A stretch of DNA of 64,000 bases, taken from contig NC_052159.1 of NCBI RefSeq assembly GCF_902713615.1, positions 128,980,432-129,044,431 of the forward strand. The letters run 5' to 3'. The position numbers and the translations under genes are program-made. Below are positions 49,876-62,502 of this stretch, piece by piece. This stretch comes from Scyliorhinus canicula. Its lineage: Eukaryota. The notes below the pieces were generated by a model. The model was not told the DNA's origin. It worked only from the letters and a program-made list of their open reading frames with translations, and made no database searches. How positions within the stretch are numbered: position 1 is the stretch's first letter; each line of letters starts with the position of its first letter.

Positions 49876-51155
49876 TGTGTTGTTAGACCCACTCAAAGCA
49901 GGATTTAAATTGTTTGAAACAATGTATAATTTTGGCTGAGTTCTGTCATTTGTTTCAGAGCAGTTATCCGAAAAGGGACATCATCAACATGAGGAAATGC
50001 AGGATAAATCGTCTGCTACTGTGTATGCCACACGTGTATTTCATAAAATACCCACCCTAGCCTGCGATTTTCTGGTGACTTACCTTAATGATTGACACAT
50101 CATGGGTCTTGGCCTTTGCAACTTTGTGACATGAGCTCTCAATGTTGATCAACTGCACAGTAGTGGAGATTTACTCTTGGCTTTCCACTTAACCCAAACT
50201 AATGGATGGAAATTATTCTCCCTGCCATTGTTCAATGTGAAATTATTTGAATTGCCCTAATCTGTCGCAGTTGACCAGAAGTGAATTGAAGAAAATTGTA
50301 AGTAATGCCGTATCAATTGAAATTAAATTGTAAATCCTACACAAAGGAACAGGAGGATTGCGAGTGCTGACCATGTGTCCATAAAACTGCATACAAGCGC
50401 TCTAAAAGCTGTTCTCCTGATGCTTGGGGGAAGTTGTGTAATTGGAAATATCTAAAAGAAACTTTCCTCTGCAATACCTGAACTTTACATTGCTCATTAA
50501 TTAAGCTGGATACCAAACGTAAAAAAAAACTACTTTGCTTATTTTAAACATAAATGCTTTTCAAAAGAGGTTGATTAAGAGAGTTCTCCAAAGTTGAGAA
50601 ACAGAAATTTATACAGTTATTGATGTGAGCTCGCCACTGAAAGTGGTCCACAATTATGTTTCAATCAACAATGAAAGCTGCATAAAAAGATCATCAAATC
50701 AATGTGGTTGACTCTTAACTGCCCCCACAAGGGCAATTAGGGATGGGCAATACATGCTGGTCCAGCCAGCGATGCCCACGTCCCATGAACAACTAAAAAA
50801 AAAACCAGTTTAATTACTTCAAAAATTAACACCGATTAATTATCCTTTCAGTGGTGTTATATATACTCATTGGACTTCGAGAACAAAGTAGAATAAACTT
50901 GCATAACAAGGCTTAATAAATAAATTCTGTTGCCAGAGAAACACATTTCCTAGAATAATCATTGTGCCAAGTCAAGTGTTCTATAATTATAGAAATGACA
51001 AAGCAGGGATCGTATAAAATACAACATAAAATGACTTCAAAGACTGGTGTCAAACACAAAAGAAAATTCAGTGAGAAATAATCGAGTTATTTTCTGTAGC
51101 TCTGTCAACAAAAGCTTCATAATTCTGAGTCTTCGTGGTCCCAAGATGTAATTAG

Positions 51156-51836
51156 CGGGATTCTCCCGAATCCCAGCGACGGCCCGACGCCGGCATAAAA
51201 AGCGGCGCGAACCACTCCGGCGTCGGGCTGACCGGAAGTTGCGGAATCTTCCGCACTTCCGGGGGCTAGGTTGGCGGTGGAAGGGTTGACGCCACGCTAA
51301 CCGGAGCCAAAGGGCCGGCGCGAGTTAGCGCATGCACAGAACCGGAGGTGTGGTTCCGTGGATGCGCAGACCAGCCGGCGTATTCTAGCGCATGCGCAGG
51401 GGGGGTGTCGTCTCCGCGCCGGCCATGGCGGAGCCCTACAGAGGCCGCGAGGAAGGAACGAGTGCCCCCATGGCACAGGCCCGCCCGCAAATCGGTGGGC
51501 CCCGATCACGGGCCAGGCCATCATGGGGGCCCCTGCGGGGGCGGATCCCCCCCGCGCCACCCGACAACTGCACCAGCCAGCCTACCAGCCAGGTCCCACC
51601 GTGTGGGACCATGGCCAATCCACGCCGGTGGGACTGGCCAGAAACAGACGGCCGCTCGGCCCATCGGAGCCCGGAGAATTGCCGGGGAGGGCCGCCTCCA
51701 ACACCCCGACCAGCGTGGCGTGAAACCCGCCCCCGCACAAAAACCGGCTTCGGAGAATACGGCAGCCAGCGGCGGGGCTGGATTCATGTCAGCAATGGGG
51801 ATACTCCGACCCGGCGGAGGTCGGAGAATCCCGCCC
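51156..51836. mobile_element. GC-rich MITE with TIR GCGGGATTCTCC / GGAGAATCCCGC
   Basis: 12-bp perfect TIRs; CpG-rich and therefore probably young. Confidence 0.8.
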
Positions 51837-51837
51837 A

Positions 51838-53010
51838 ATATATCTGGACTTCCAGAAGGCATTTGATAAGGTGCCGCACAGAAGGTTAATCCACAAGGTA
51901 CGGTCACACAGGATTAGGTGTAATTTATTAACTTGGATAGAAGACTGGCTAACCGCCAGAAGGCAGAGATTCAGATAAATGGGTCTTTTTCTGGTTAGCA
52001 ATGTGTAACTAATGGGCTGCTATCGAGTTCAGTCCTCAGGCCCCAATTAGTTACAATATATATGAATGACTTGAATGTCAGGATAGTAGGTACAGAGCTA
52101 AATTTGCAGATGACACTAAAATAGGTGTGATAGTAAGTTGCAAATAGGTAATAAGAAATTTACAAATGGGCATAGATAGGTTAGGTGAGTGGGAAAAATT
52201 TGTCAGATGGAGTTTGATGTGTATAAGTGTGAACTTATCCATTTTGGTTGAAAAAATGCAACGCAACTTTGCATCTAAATGCAGAGAAAAACTTCAGAGT
52301 GCTTCAGTGCAGAGGGATCTGGGTGTCCTCATGCATGAATCTCAGCAAACTAGTCTACAGGTACAACAGGTAATAAGGAAGGCAAATGGACTTTTGCCGT
52401 TTATAGCTGAAAGGATAGAGCATAAAAGTAGGGAAGTGTGATTGCAACTTTACGAGATATTGGTGAGACCGCACCTGGAGTACAGTTTTTGTCCCCTTCT
52501 TTGAGGAGGGATGTAATTGCATTCGATGCAGTTCAGAGGAGGTTCACTAGATTGAATCCAGTGATGAGGGGTTTGTTTTACAAAGAGAGATTGTGAAGTT
52601 CAGGCTGATACTCTCTCGAGTTTAGAAGAATGAGAGGAGATCTGATTGAGGTATATGAGATCATTCAAGGTATTGAAAATGTAGACGTAGAGTGGATGCT
52701 TCCTCTTGTGGGGCAATCGAGAATGAGAGGTCATAGTTTTAGGATAAGGGGTAGCAGATTTAAAATAGAGATGAGGAGAAATTAATTCTCTCAGAGGGTC
52801 GCGAACCTGTGAAATTCAGTACCCCAGAATACGGTGGATGCCGGGGCTTTGCATAAATTTAAAAAGGAGATAGACAGATTTTTAGTTAGTGATGGGTTGA
52901 GGGGTTATGGAGAACGGGCTGGAAAGTGGAGTTGAGGCCGAGAGGAGATCAGCCATGATCGTATTGAATGGTGGAGCGGGTTTGAGAGGCTGAATTGCCA
53001 ACTATTCATT
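51838..53010 (+). mobile_element. CR1/HER1 LINE 3' fragment
   Basis: YLDFQKAFDKVPH, KFADDTK, QRDLGV peptides; CR1 tail. Confidence 0.88.
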
Positions 53011-53686
53011 CTGATATTTTTGTGCTTTGAACATAAAGTAGCAAACTTGAAGGGGACACTTTGGAAATTCAGAGTTTAAATGTTGACCTCAAACATCCAA
53101 AGTACTACACATTTTGTAGAGTCCTCTATTTTCCTGGTGGCAATATCCATTATTATTTTGCAGTGACATCTTGGTGAGATCGGTGGGAAACATAGACCGG
53201 AAGCATAAATGCACCAATCACGTAAATAGTGTAGCTACGAGAGAACAGAGACTCGGGACGCAATTCAGCAACCCCTTTGATCATGGTGCAGGTTCAGGTA
53301 CACCAGGTGAACCAGGCGAGAGCCACAAATTGGGTTTCAAGCTGCTCGCCGGGCCGATCGGGAGTCACGTGATTTGCTGTGCCCGGTGTGATCTGGATCT
53401 CACCCTCAGTAGGTGTAATCCAGATCGGCATATTCAAATGAGTCGAATGCCTCTTTGAAATACCTGGATGCCAGCTTCACCGGTGCCTGGGACTCAACAG
53501 CCGTGCCTGCGAGGTCCCGCCAGGGTGCCATTTAGTACTGGTTCACACTAATGTGGACCAGGTGTAATGACACCTCCGGGGGTCTCGCAGGGCATTGGAG
53601 CCCCCCGGGTATTTGGGGACAGGGAAGGGTGGTACACTTGCATTACCCCGTGCAGTTTGGCACTGCCAGTCTGGCAGTGCCACTTT

Positions 53687-54570
53687 GTACCGAGTGAAGA
53701 ATGTCGGAATTTCAGATATATTGCATTATAGTGCAGGTTAAAAGCCTGGGTTTGTGTGTGTATGAATGAAGCAGTAATGTTTTTAAAGAATCCTGGTGTG
53801 AAAGGATTTGGGAGCCAGAGGTACAATTAAGGCAGCTTAAAAAAGCTTGGGCAAATGGAGTTTTGTTTGGATTAAGGATTAATTGCACTCCCTGTGGAGT
53901 TAATTATATTTGAGCATGGTAAACTCATCTAATAAATGAGAAAAGCTAAATACCAGGCATTTCGCAGAAAAAAACAGTTTGGTTGAGTTTTAGAGTGAGA
54001 TGTGAGCAGAAGTCAAGTATCTGCTCTCATTGCAGTTCAGTTAAAGATATCTCTGTCCACTAACTAGCAGTTCCTTTCCAAATAGTTCAGAATTTTGTAG
54101 GTCGAAGGTAGGCTGAAACAAGCTGAGAAGTGGTTTCTGAAGAAATACAGCCAGAGTTTTTGCATGGTTCTGAGAGGGTTCAGGTCTTTTCTTTAAAACA
54201 GTTTTTAAAAATATCTCTGTACAGCAGATATTCCTGAGTGCTAATTGTATTTGAAAGTGGATTGAGATCTGAGATGATTCTGTTGTTTGAATAGAAATAA
54301 AGATAGCAGTTAAGGGCTATTGTGTCACTGTATTGATTAACATTGTTTAAGGGATAATTGTAAGCTATTTGTTTTGTGTGATGTTAAAGATAATTTAATG
54401 TTGTGTTAATAATAAAATTTGTTTTAATATAACATAATCTATTTTGTGCAAAATTACTCCTGGAGTGAGGTATAATTTCCTCACAGTCTTACAAAATTAA
54501 AATAAAATATTGGGGTTTCTGACCAGTATCGTAGCCACTGTTGGAGTCTGGTCCAAGGATCAGAATAATG
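53687..54570 (+). mobile_element. Solo-LTR-like element
   Basis: TG start, AATAAA, end resembling TGGTCC..GATC...A; no TSD confirmed. Confidence 0.4.
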
Positions 54571-54618
54571 ATCAGACACCAGCTGGACGTTGAAGGAGTG
54601 GTATCCCTTTCTTTTGTA

Positions 54619-54945
54619 CATAGAACATAGAACATAGAACAGGCCCTTCGGCCCTCGATGTTGTGCCGAACAATGATCACCCTACTTAAACCCACGTAAC
54701 CCGTATACCCGTAACCCAACAATCCCCCCATTAACCTTACACTATGGGCAATTTAGCATGGCCAATCCACCTAACCCGCACATCTTTGGACTGTGGGAGG
54801 AAACCGGAGCACCCGGAGGAAACCCACGCACACACGGGGAGGACGTGCAGACTCCACACAGACAGTGACCCAGCCGGGAATCGAACCTGGGACCCTGGAG
54901 CTGTGAAGCATTGATGCTAACCACCATGCTACCGTGAGGCCCCGA
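54619..54945 (-). mobile_element. Young HE1-type SINE (near-identical to 32174-32495)
   Basis: Shared diagnostic head TCGGGGCCTCACGGT.GCATGGTGGTTAGCATCAATG. Confidence 0.9.
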
Positions 54946-56855
54946 TCAGAACCATGCAAAAACTCTGGCTGTATTTCTTCAGAAACCACTTCTCAGCTTG
55001 TTTCAGCCTACCTTCGACCTACAAAATTCTGAACTATTTGGAAAGGAACTGCTAGTTAGTGGACAGAGATATCTTTAACTCCAACATCTTGGAGTTGACA
55101 TATGATATGCTTTCTGTCAATAGCAACCTGCACTATGGGAAAGGCTGCAATCCTCACACTGTTATGTGCTTGCTTTGCCTGCCTCTCTTTTCAAGAAGGA
55201 ATGAAATGTATTCATTTTTCTTGGAAGTTAGAACCTCCACGGCTTCCCTATTCCAGTCAGGACATGCCATAACACTCACTGTTAACTTCCACAGCTATAA
55301 ACAATAATGCTAACTTTACCAATTCCTGAAATGATCAACCACTTCTACAATCACAGCAAGAGCCAAAAGAAGTCAATCAGCAACTGAATAGCATGATGGT
55401 TTGGAGTGGGAGGAGTTGACGGGGGGGGGGGGGGGGGGGGGGGGGGTCCTTCCTGCTGCTAAATCTGTACTCAACGTTATATATTTAAGGGCACCTTCAG
55501 CACTGAATCCAAAATGGCAGTTCTGGTGCCCAATTGGTGTTACACTTGGAGTGATGTCAAAATGTGCCCCCTCTGCATCTGTCAGGCGAATGCTTCCTAA
55601 AAATTAATCAAATGCCAGCACAAGAAGTGTACGCGCACATCACATGTGTCACTTTGGAGGAAAAATGGCATTTGTAGCACTCAAATAATAGGCATTGCAA
55701 AACTAAATTTCATAGCCAGGTCCTGACAAAACGACATTCCCACACTACCAAAGTATTTTCCTGTACTGAAGTATTTTTCTGGACTATATAATATTCTGTA
55801 TATGATAGTATATATTATTCTAAAGTATATAGTCAAATTTGAGTGGGATTTCAAGCAAGTAAGCTCTGTCTCAGAAACAGGAATGAAGCAGAGATCTAAG
55901 TTGATGTGAATATCTAATTGATAACTTTGGAAACAAGTAATTGCTAAGGAACTCATCACATATGTTGGCCAAGTCTTAATTTGACAGTCAAATCTAAATA
56001 TTTTAGAAGCACAGCCTGTTATCTTCCGTAACTAGTCCATCCGAGGAAATGCAACTGGCCCCAAATTAATTTCAAACAGAAAAGTTGGCAAGTGCACTGG
56101 ACCTGTATGTACCAGAGCCTTTCAGCTCTCAACCATGGCAACCTTATACCCTCTCTCAGCCTCCCCCCACTCAACCCCTTACATAAAAAAACATTGGCGG
56201 AACATCTCAAACCACTTTACATACTGGCTTCCAGAAATATATTAATTCTGAGTGGAATGGGAATTCCCCTGGAATTGGCCCCAACAGCAGTTCCCTTCTG
56301 AAGGATGAGTGGAGGTGTTGACATTTTCAAAGCAAGTCAGAAAATTGCAGAAATCGGCATCATTTCCCATGTAGGTCCATTCACCTCCAATCCGAATAAT
56401 GATAGGAAACTGGTATTATCCCTGTTGTCGTAAAAACAACCACTCAAAACCTGTGAGCTTTCTGGTAAAAGGATTTAATTTTACAAGCATATGCTGGGGT
56501 GAGAGAACCACAGCATGCCATGGTGCCTCTCTCCATGGTACAGGTTCTGTAGTGCCTGTCTACAGTTCTTAACTGCCAACTTTTCATTATTATTTCTCTA
56601 TTAATATTTTATCTACATATACTATTCCATCAGCAGATGTTCCCATTTTCTCACCCTTGGGTATGGCCTTCAATTCCGCCGTATCTCCTTCTTGTCCTGT
56701 TCAGGAATGAATGCCTGTGAAAGCTGTTAGTGGACGCTGTCATACGGCCTTGTCATGCCCAACTTGGTGATGTGACGAGGCCGTTAAATCTTAAGAGAGA
56801 GAGAGAGAGAGGCCTCTCGTGGGATTTGCGACGCTCAGAATACCTTACGAGATCT

Positions 56856-57042
56856 TGGATTTGTTTACTGGATTGGATTTGTTTATTGTCACGTGTATCA
56901 AGGTACAGTGAAAAGTATTTTTCTGTGAGCAGCTCAACAGATCATTAAGTACATGAAAAGAAAAGGAAATAAAAGAAAACATATGAAAGGGCAACACACG
57001 GTACATAATATAACTACATCACACCGGCATCGGGTGAAGCAT
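56856..57042 (-). mobile_element. Rex1/Babar 3' UTR fragment
   Basis: Similar to 39142-39305. Confidence 0.7.
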
Positions 57043-58431
57043 AGGTCGCATCGCGATCTGAATCTCGCTCTCACTAGACGAGGTCCAGATTTACATATTT
57101 AAGTGACCAGTCAGGGTAATTAAAAATGCCAGTGTCCGAAGCACTCTCCTTGGCCAAGGATCCCATCATGCCTATAGTATTGGCTAATATTCCCATCCTG
57201 CCAAGAAAGACCTTTCATAACTGCATATGTCTACTCTAAAGCTATCAATATACGTTTAAATACCAATCTTGATATCAAATTATTTTGATTATCCTACTTC
57301 ATCCCTCTGAGAGCTCTGCCCAATAAGTTTTGGGTTTCATCTCATTCCAGGCTGTTCCAGGTTCTTACATAGAATTTTAAGAATACAAGGATGGAGGAAA
57401 TAGGAGCTGGAGTAGACTATGTGAGGTCTCAAGCCAGCTTTTCAATTCAATGCAATCACAGTTGATCTGCCTCATCTCCAGTTTCTTCCCCTTCCCCATA
57501 TCCCTTGATGGCCTGAGAGATCAAAGACCAACCAATCCGAGCCTTGAATATACTCAACGATGGAGCATCCACAAGTCTCTATGGTCGAGAATTTCAATGA
57601 TTTGTGATGCAGGAATACAATGGAAAACACTTAAAGCTGTGTTCAGCAGAATGCAAGAAATGTATATTCCAGTAAAAGCAAAGAATAAGCAAAATACAAC
57701 AGAAACTCCATGGGGACAATTGATGGTAAGAAGAGAGGCATGCATTAAGCATGGAGACAGCAAATGAGTGTGTGAAAAGACAGAATGGCAAGAGATCCAG
57801 AGAAAAGTAAAATAAAAACACAATTAGGAAGGCAAAAACGAACTGTAAAATCAAATATAAAACTAAATAGTAAACTATTTTGCAGCAACATAAATAAAAT
57901 ATAGCTGTGATGGGAATAGGATCATTATTGGATAGGTGAGATAATACCACAGGTTACGATAGAGAGATGTCAGCAGTATCACATTGTTTTGCCTTGGTAT
58001 TTAACAGGAAGTTTGAACAGGTGGGCATGCCATTTGTAAGACTCCTCTTCCACCTGGCCTGAAGGTTTCAGCCTTTGCTCTGGGTGTAAAAGACACATAA
58101 CAACTTGGATATTGTTCCACAAATTGTGGTGCATCCTTATTAAACCACTGAACAATATAACATACTCATGATTATCCTGGTTGCTTGTTTCCCTGTGAGC
58201 TGGAATCTGTTATTGTTAGTCAGTCTTCTGACGAGCCCTCCGTGCACACTTTCTGAGTGACTGACCGGGTCACCCTAACCACTGCAGCAATGATGCCTAT
58301 GTGTGGTCTTTCTTTACACTTTTTAGCTCTGAATTGTGCCATACCAGGCCAAACCTGTTTTTAACACATTCAATTGGTTTGTAATTACCTCACTGTCCTT
58401 CCCAGCTGTTACAACCTCACACAGAGGTCAA

Positions 58432-58765
58432 GGAGCAGCACGGTGGCACAATGGTTAGCACTGCTGCCTCATAATTTCAGCGACCCGGGTTCAATTGCGG
58501 CCTGTCTGTGTGAAGTTTGCACTTTCTCCTGTGTCTGCATGGGTTTCCTCCAGGTGGTCTGGTTTCCTCCCACAGTGCAAAGATGGGCAAGTTAAGTGGA
58601 TTGGCCATGCTAAATTGCCCCTGAGTGTCCAAAAGTTTAGGCCAGGTTGCTGGGTTTATGGAGACAAGGTGGAGGCGTGGGCATAAGCAGGGTGCTCTTT
58701 CCAAGGGCCGGTGCAAACCCGATGGGCTGATTGGCCTCCTTCTGCACTGTAAATTCTATGATTCT
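58432..58765 (+). mobile_element. HE1-type SINE
   Basis: Head, core, tail. Confidence 0.82.
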
Positions 58766-59560
58766 CTGCTGAGTATGAACGTACCCGGTAATGGGGACCC
58801 TTCATAAGGGGAGCCAGTGCAGTACAAAAATAAATCCACCAAAGTGAAGGCGGAGGTGGGAAAACCCTTTGGGAAGTGCGTCAATCTAGTTTAAGTATGT
58901 TAATGAGCCCAAATTTTGCATCCTATCCATTGCTTCCTTCTGGTCATTCTGTGCGGATTCTACACCAACACAAGTCATTAGGTTCACAGTTCCTTCTCCA
59001 GATGTCTCCTGGCTGCCTCCCTTGCAGGAATCCCAAGGCCACACTTGAAGCAACAAAGACAGTCTGACTCTGCTTTGATATCTCTAACACTGTTATCAAT
59101 CTATAAAGCTCAGAGGAGACATTTTTATTACCGTGAATGAGGGAATGTCTATATTTTCCCTGATGCCAGCATGTCTGCAGTAGAATTCATTTTTCAGAAC
59201 TTGCTAATTCTTTGTCTTTGTTAAATCATGCCCCTCTCTATACTCACTCCACAAATTCTTAGATATCTTCAACCTCAGATTCTTCTTTCACCTCATTTTT
59301 CCACCACCTGTCAAACCACATACACAGGGCGTACCACATACATAAAGATAAAAGTAGTTACAAAGTTAAAAATAGAAGCAGTTAATAAATAACATGTCTA
59401 ATACATAATGGACGCTGAGGGATAAGTACATTTTGTGAAAAAAAGAGATATATTGAATAAATTATTCAAACTCAAAGACAACAAAAAACCCTAATCTGGA
59501 TAGATGCATCCACATATTTTAAAATAATGTATGGAAGGGGTAACAGTGACAGCACATTTA

Positions 59561-59890
59561 GGGCAGCATGGTAGCACAAGTGGATGGCACTGTGGCTTCA
59601 CAGGGTCAGGGTCCCAGGTTCGATTCCCCACTGGGTCACTGTCTGTGCGGAGTCTACACGTTCTCCCCGTGTCTGCCTGGGTTTCCTCCGGGTGCTCCGG
59701 TTTCCTCCCAGAGTCCAAAGACGTGCAGGTTAGGTGGATTGGCCATGATAAATTGCCCTTAGTGACCAAAAAGGTTAGATGGGGTTATTGGGTTACGGGG
59801 ATAGCGTAGACGTGAGGGTTTAAGTGGGTTGGTGCAGACTCGATGGATCGAATGGCCTCCTTCTGAACTGTATGTTCTATGATCTATGTT
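59561..59890 (+). mobile_element. HE1-type SINE
   Basis: Head, core, tail. Confidence 0.88.
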
Positions 59891-59904
59891 CACATGTTTA
59901 ATAA

Positions 59905-60945
59905 TTCATCAGAAAGAGTGTAGTGCCAGAGGATTGCCAAATAGCTAATTCAGTAGCTAGATTTCAAAACATGCCCTGGAAATTGTAGACCGATCAGTTA
60001 TGGCATTGGTGTTGGGAAAAATAATGGAATCCCGACTAAAGGAGAGAATAGAAGAACATTTAGAACTGGGACATATAATAATGAGTAGTTGGCATGATTT
60101 TCAAAAGGAAAAGTATTTTCCCTTGAATAAAGAAGGCTGGATAACCTAACAGAGGTAGTTTAGGCTATAAAAGATTTTGATAGAGTGGATAGATGAATGT
60201 TTTCACTTAGAGGGAAGGGCATATGACTAGAGGCCATCAATAGAAAATGGTCACCAATAAATCCATGAGGGAATTCAGAAAACAATTATTTCACTCAAGA
60301 GTGGTGAGAATGTGGAAATCATTAGCACAGGGAACGGTTGAAGCAAATAGTCCAGGTGCATTTAAAGGGAGGCTAGTCATGCGGATAAGGAAGAATGGAA
60401 TGATTGGTTACACTGATAGGTGATGATGAGGAAAGATGAGAAAAGGCTTGAGCAGAGCATAAATGCTAGTTTGGACTGGCTGGGCTGAATGTCCTAATCC
60501 CGTGCCATTTTTCATACGTAACCCTACATAATCCTCTAAGTGAAGAAACCTCTCCTCACCTTATTCCTTAATGATCAATCCCTAATCCTGAGGGAAAGTC
60601 CCTGTGTTCTGGATTCCCCTGGCAATAGGAAATAAGCTCTCAGGTTCTAATCCATCTAGCCCCCTTCAGAGTCATTGTATGCTTTTATGATAAAAGATCT
60701 CATTGTTGCAAACTCCAGGCTTAATTTACTCTTCCCAGAAACCAGTTGAATGAATGTTCGTCATGTCACCTTCAAGGTGAGTGGATTCTTCCATAAATTC
60801 GGAGACCAAACCTGTGCACATATTCCCTGAGACCTACTCTTGTAGCAACAAGATGCCCTTGCCCATGCACTCCACCTCCCTTGAATCTTGGTCAAAATGT
60901 TATTTGCCTTTCTACTTGTTAGCCGTTTGAGATTTATTGAAAATA
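59905..60945. mobile_element. Old CR1 fragments (plus strand to ~60520, then minus strand)
   Basis: Decayed PGN.RP.S and QRVVRMW-like coding. Confidence 0.55.
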
Positions 60946-61244
60946 AATCGGGGGGGGGGGGGGGTTGCGGTTTAGTCAACATCGTGGGTTCAATTCCCAA
61001 ATTGGCTGAGGTTATTTATGAAGGCCTTCTCAACCTTGCCCCTTGCCTGAGGTGTGGTGATCCTCAGGTTAAAATCACCACTAGTCAGCTCTCCCCCTCA
61101 AAGAGGAAAGCAGCCTCTGGTTATCTGGGACTATGGTGGCATAACTTATTGAAAATAGCTTTGGTGGATACTGAACGCTTAAGGCACTGCAGATACTTGT
61201 ATCAGTGGAGGAAGTTTGGCTGAAAATAAAGAGATCCATGTTCT

Positions 61245-61470
61245 TTATTTTTTAATAAATTGAGTACCCAATTTTCTTTCCAATTAAGGGGCAATTTAGC
61301 ATGGCCAATCTCCCAACCCTGCACATCTTTTTTGGGTTTTGGGTTGAGGCCCACGCAGGCATGTGGAGAATGGGCAGACTCCATACGGACATTGGCCCAG
61401 GGCCGGGATCGAACCCAGGTCCTCGGTGGCATAAGACAGCAGTGCTATCCACTGCGCCACTGTCCTCCCC
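61245..61470 (-). mobile_element. Short tRNA/V-domain SINE
   Basis: Same type as 38175-38395. Confidence 0.75.
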
Positions 61471-62502
61471 AGAGATTCATGTTTAACTTCATGTATAGTG
61501 CCAATTCCGAATGCGTCCCACAGAATCTTAGTTTCTTCCCAGGAAATTCACAATGGTAACGAGGGTGGTAAGAAATACAAAACATTGCTTTCAAGTGTGA
61601 CATTTTTGGAAGTTGTTCATCTACTCTCTGCAGACAGCATTTTAAGTTGGAGACAAGCTGTTAAGACAGATCCAGGAGCCCTCCAGCACGAGATTCGCAA
61701 CAAGAAAGATGAGTCAGTTTACATGCACATCTTAATCTTGCCAAAAGAATGATCCTCCCAAAGAATAGCAATCTCAGATCATCACAAAGAAGTTTTTATT
61801 TAAAAGGAATGTAATCTGGATCTTTGATCACTCTGCCACTGCATTGCTGATAAATGTAGTATTACCTACGTCCAATCTACCACCTTTTGATGTGCACTCA
61901 GTCATCATTTATATTCCCCTGTTGGCAAAAGCCCATGACATTTCAAAGGTGCAATAGCAGGTTTTGCAATCATAGATGACAAAAGAGAAAAGACTTTCCT
62001 TCTTGTCTATAGGAGGTGAAGAATTGAAAGTCATTTTTGAGACACTTATGTCTGTGCAAGATTAGTACAACACAGCAAAAAATGCACCAACACCCAAGAA
62101 AAATGCATGTTATGAAACAATTGTCTCCTGACCCACTGGGCAAGAAGCAATGGGGTAATGTTGCATGGGCGAGAGACAATTAGCAACCAAACATGAATTA
62201 ATTGAGGTTGAACATATCAAGCAGCAAATCAAAACACACAGAAGTCAAGCTTGTCTCTCCCGTCAACTATGCTGAACAGCATGCATTGAAGACATAAAAC
62301 TGTCAGGGTTGTTAAAGTTAGTAAGATCAAGATTGCTTTCAGAGTCCAGAGCTATTGGAAGTTGAGGCTGCCCAGCAGTAGCTACCATAATTCATGTCCA
62401 ACTCATGCAAATACTGAACATTACTCAAATGCCAGGATGCCACATGCAAAACAACATCATTTTCACAAATAGAGTTGTGACTTGGCCAAGGAATATTTCC
62501 AC

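Noticed and set aside
51266-51907. Overlapping GC-rich ORFs / CpG-island promoter
   Set aside because: Lies wholly within a TIR-bounded MITE; open frames reflect GC content
61620-61752. Possible host exon
   Set aside because: No convincing donor site or homology recognisable by eye
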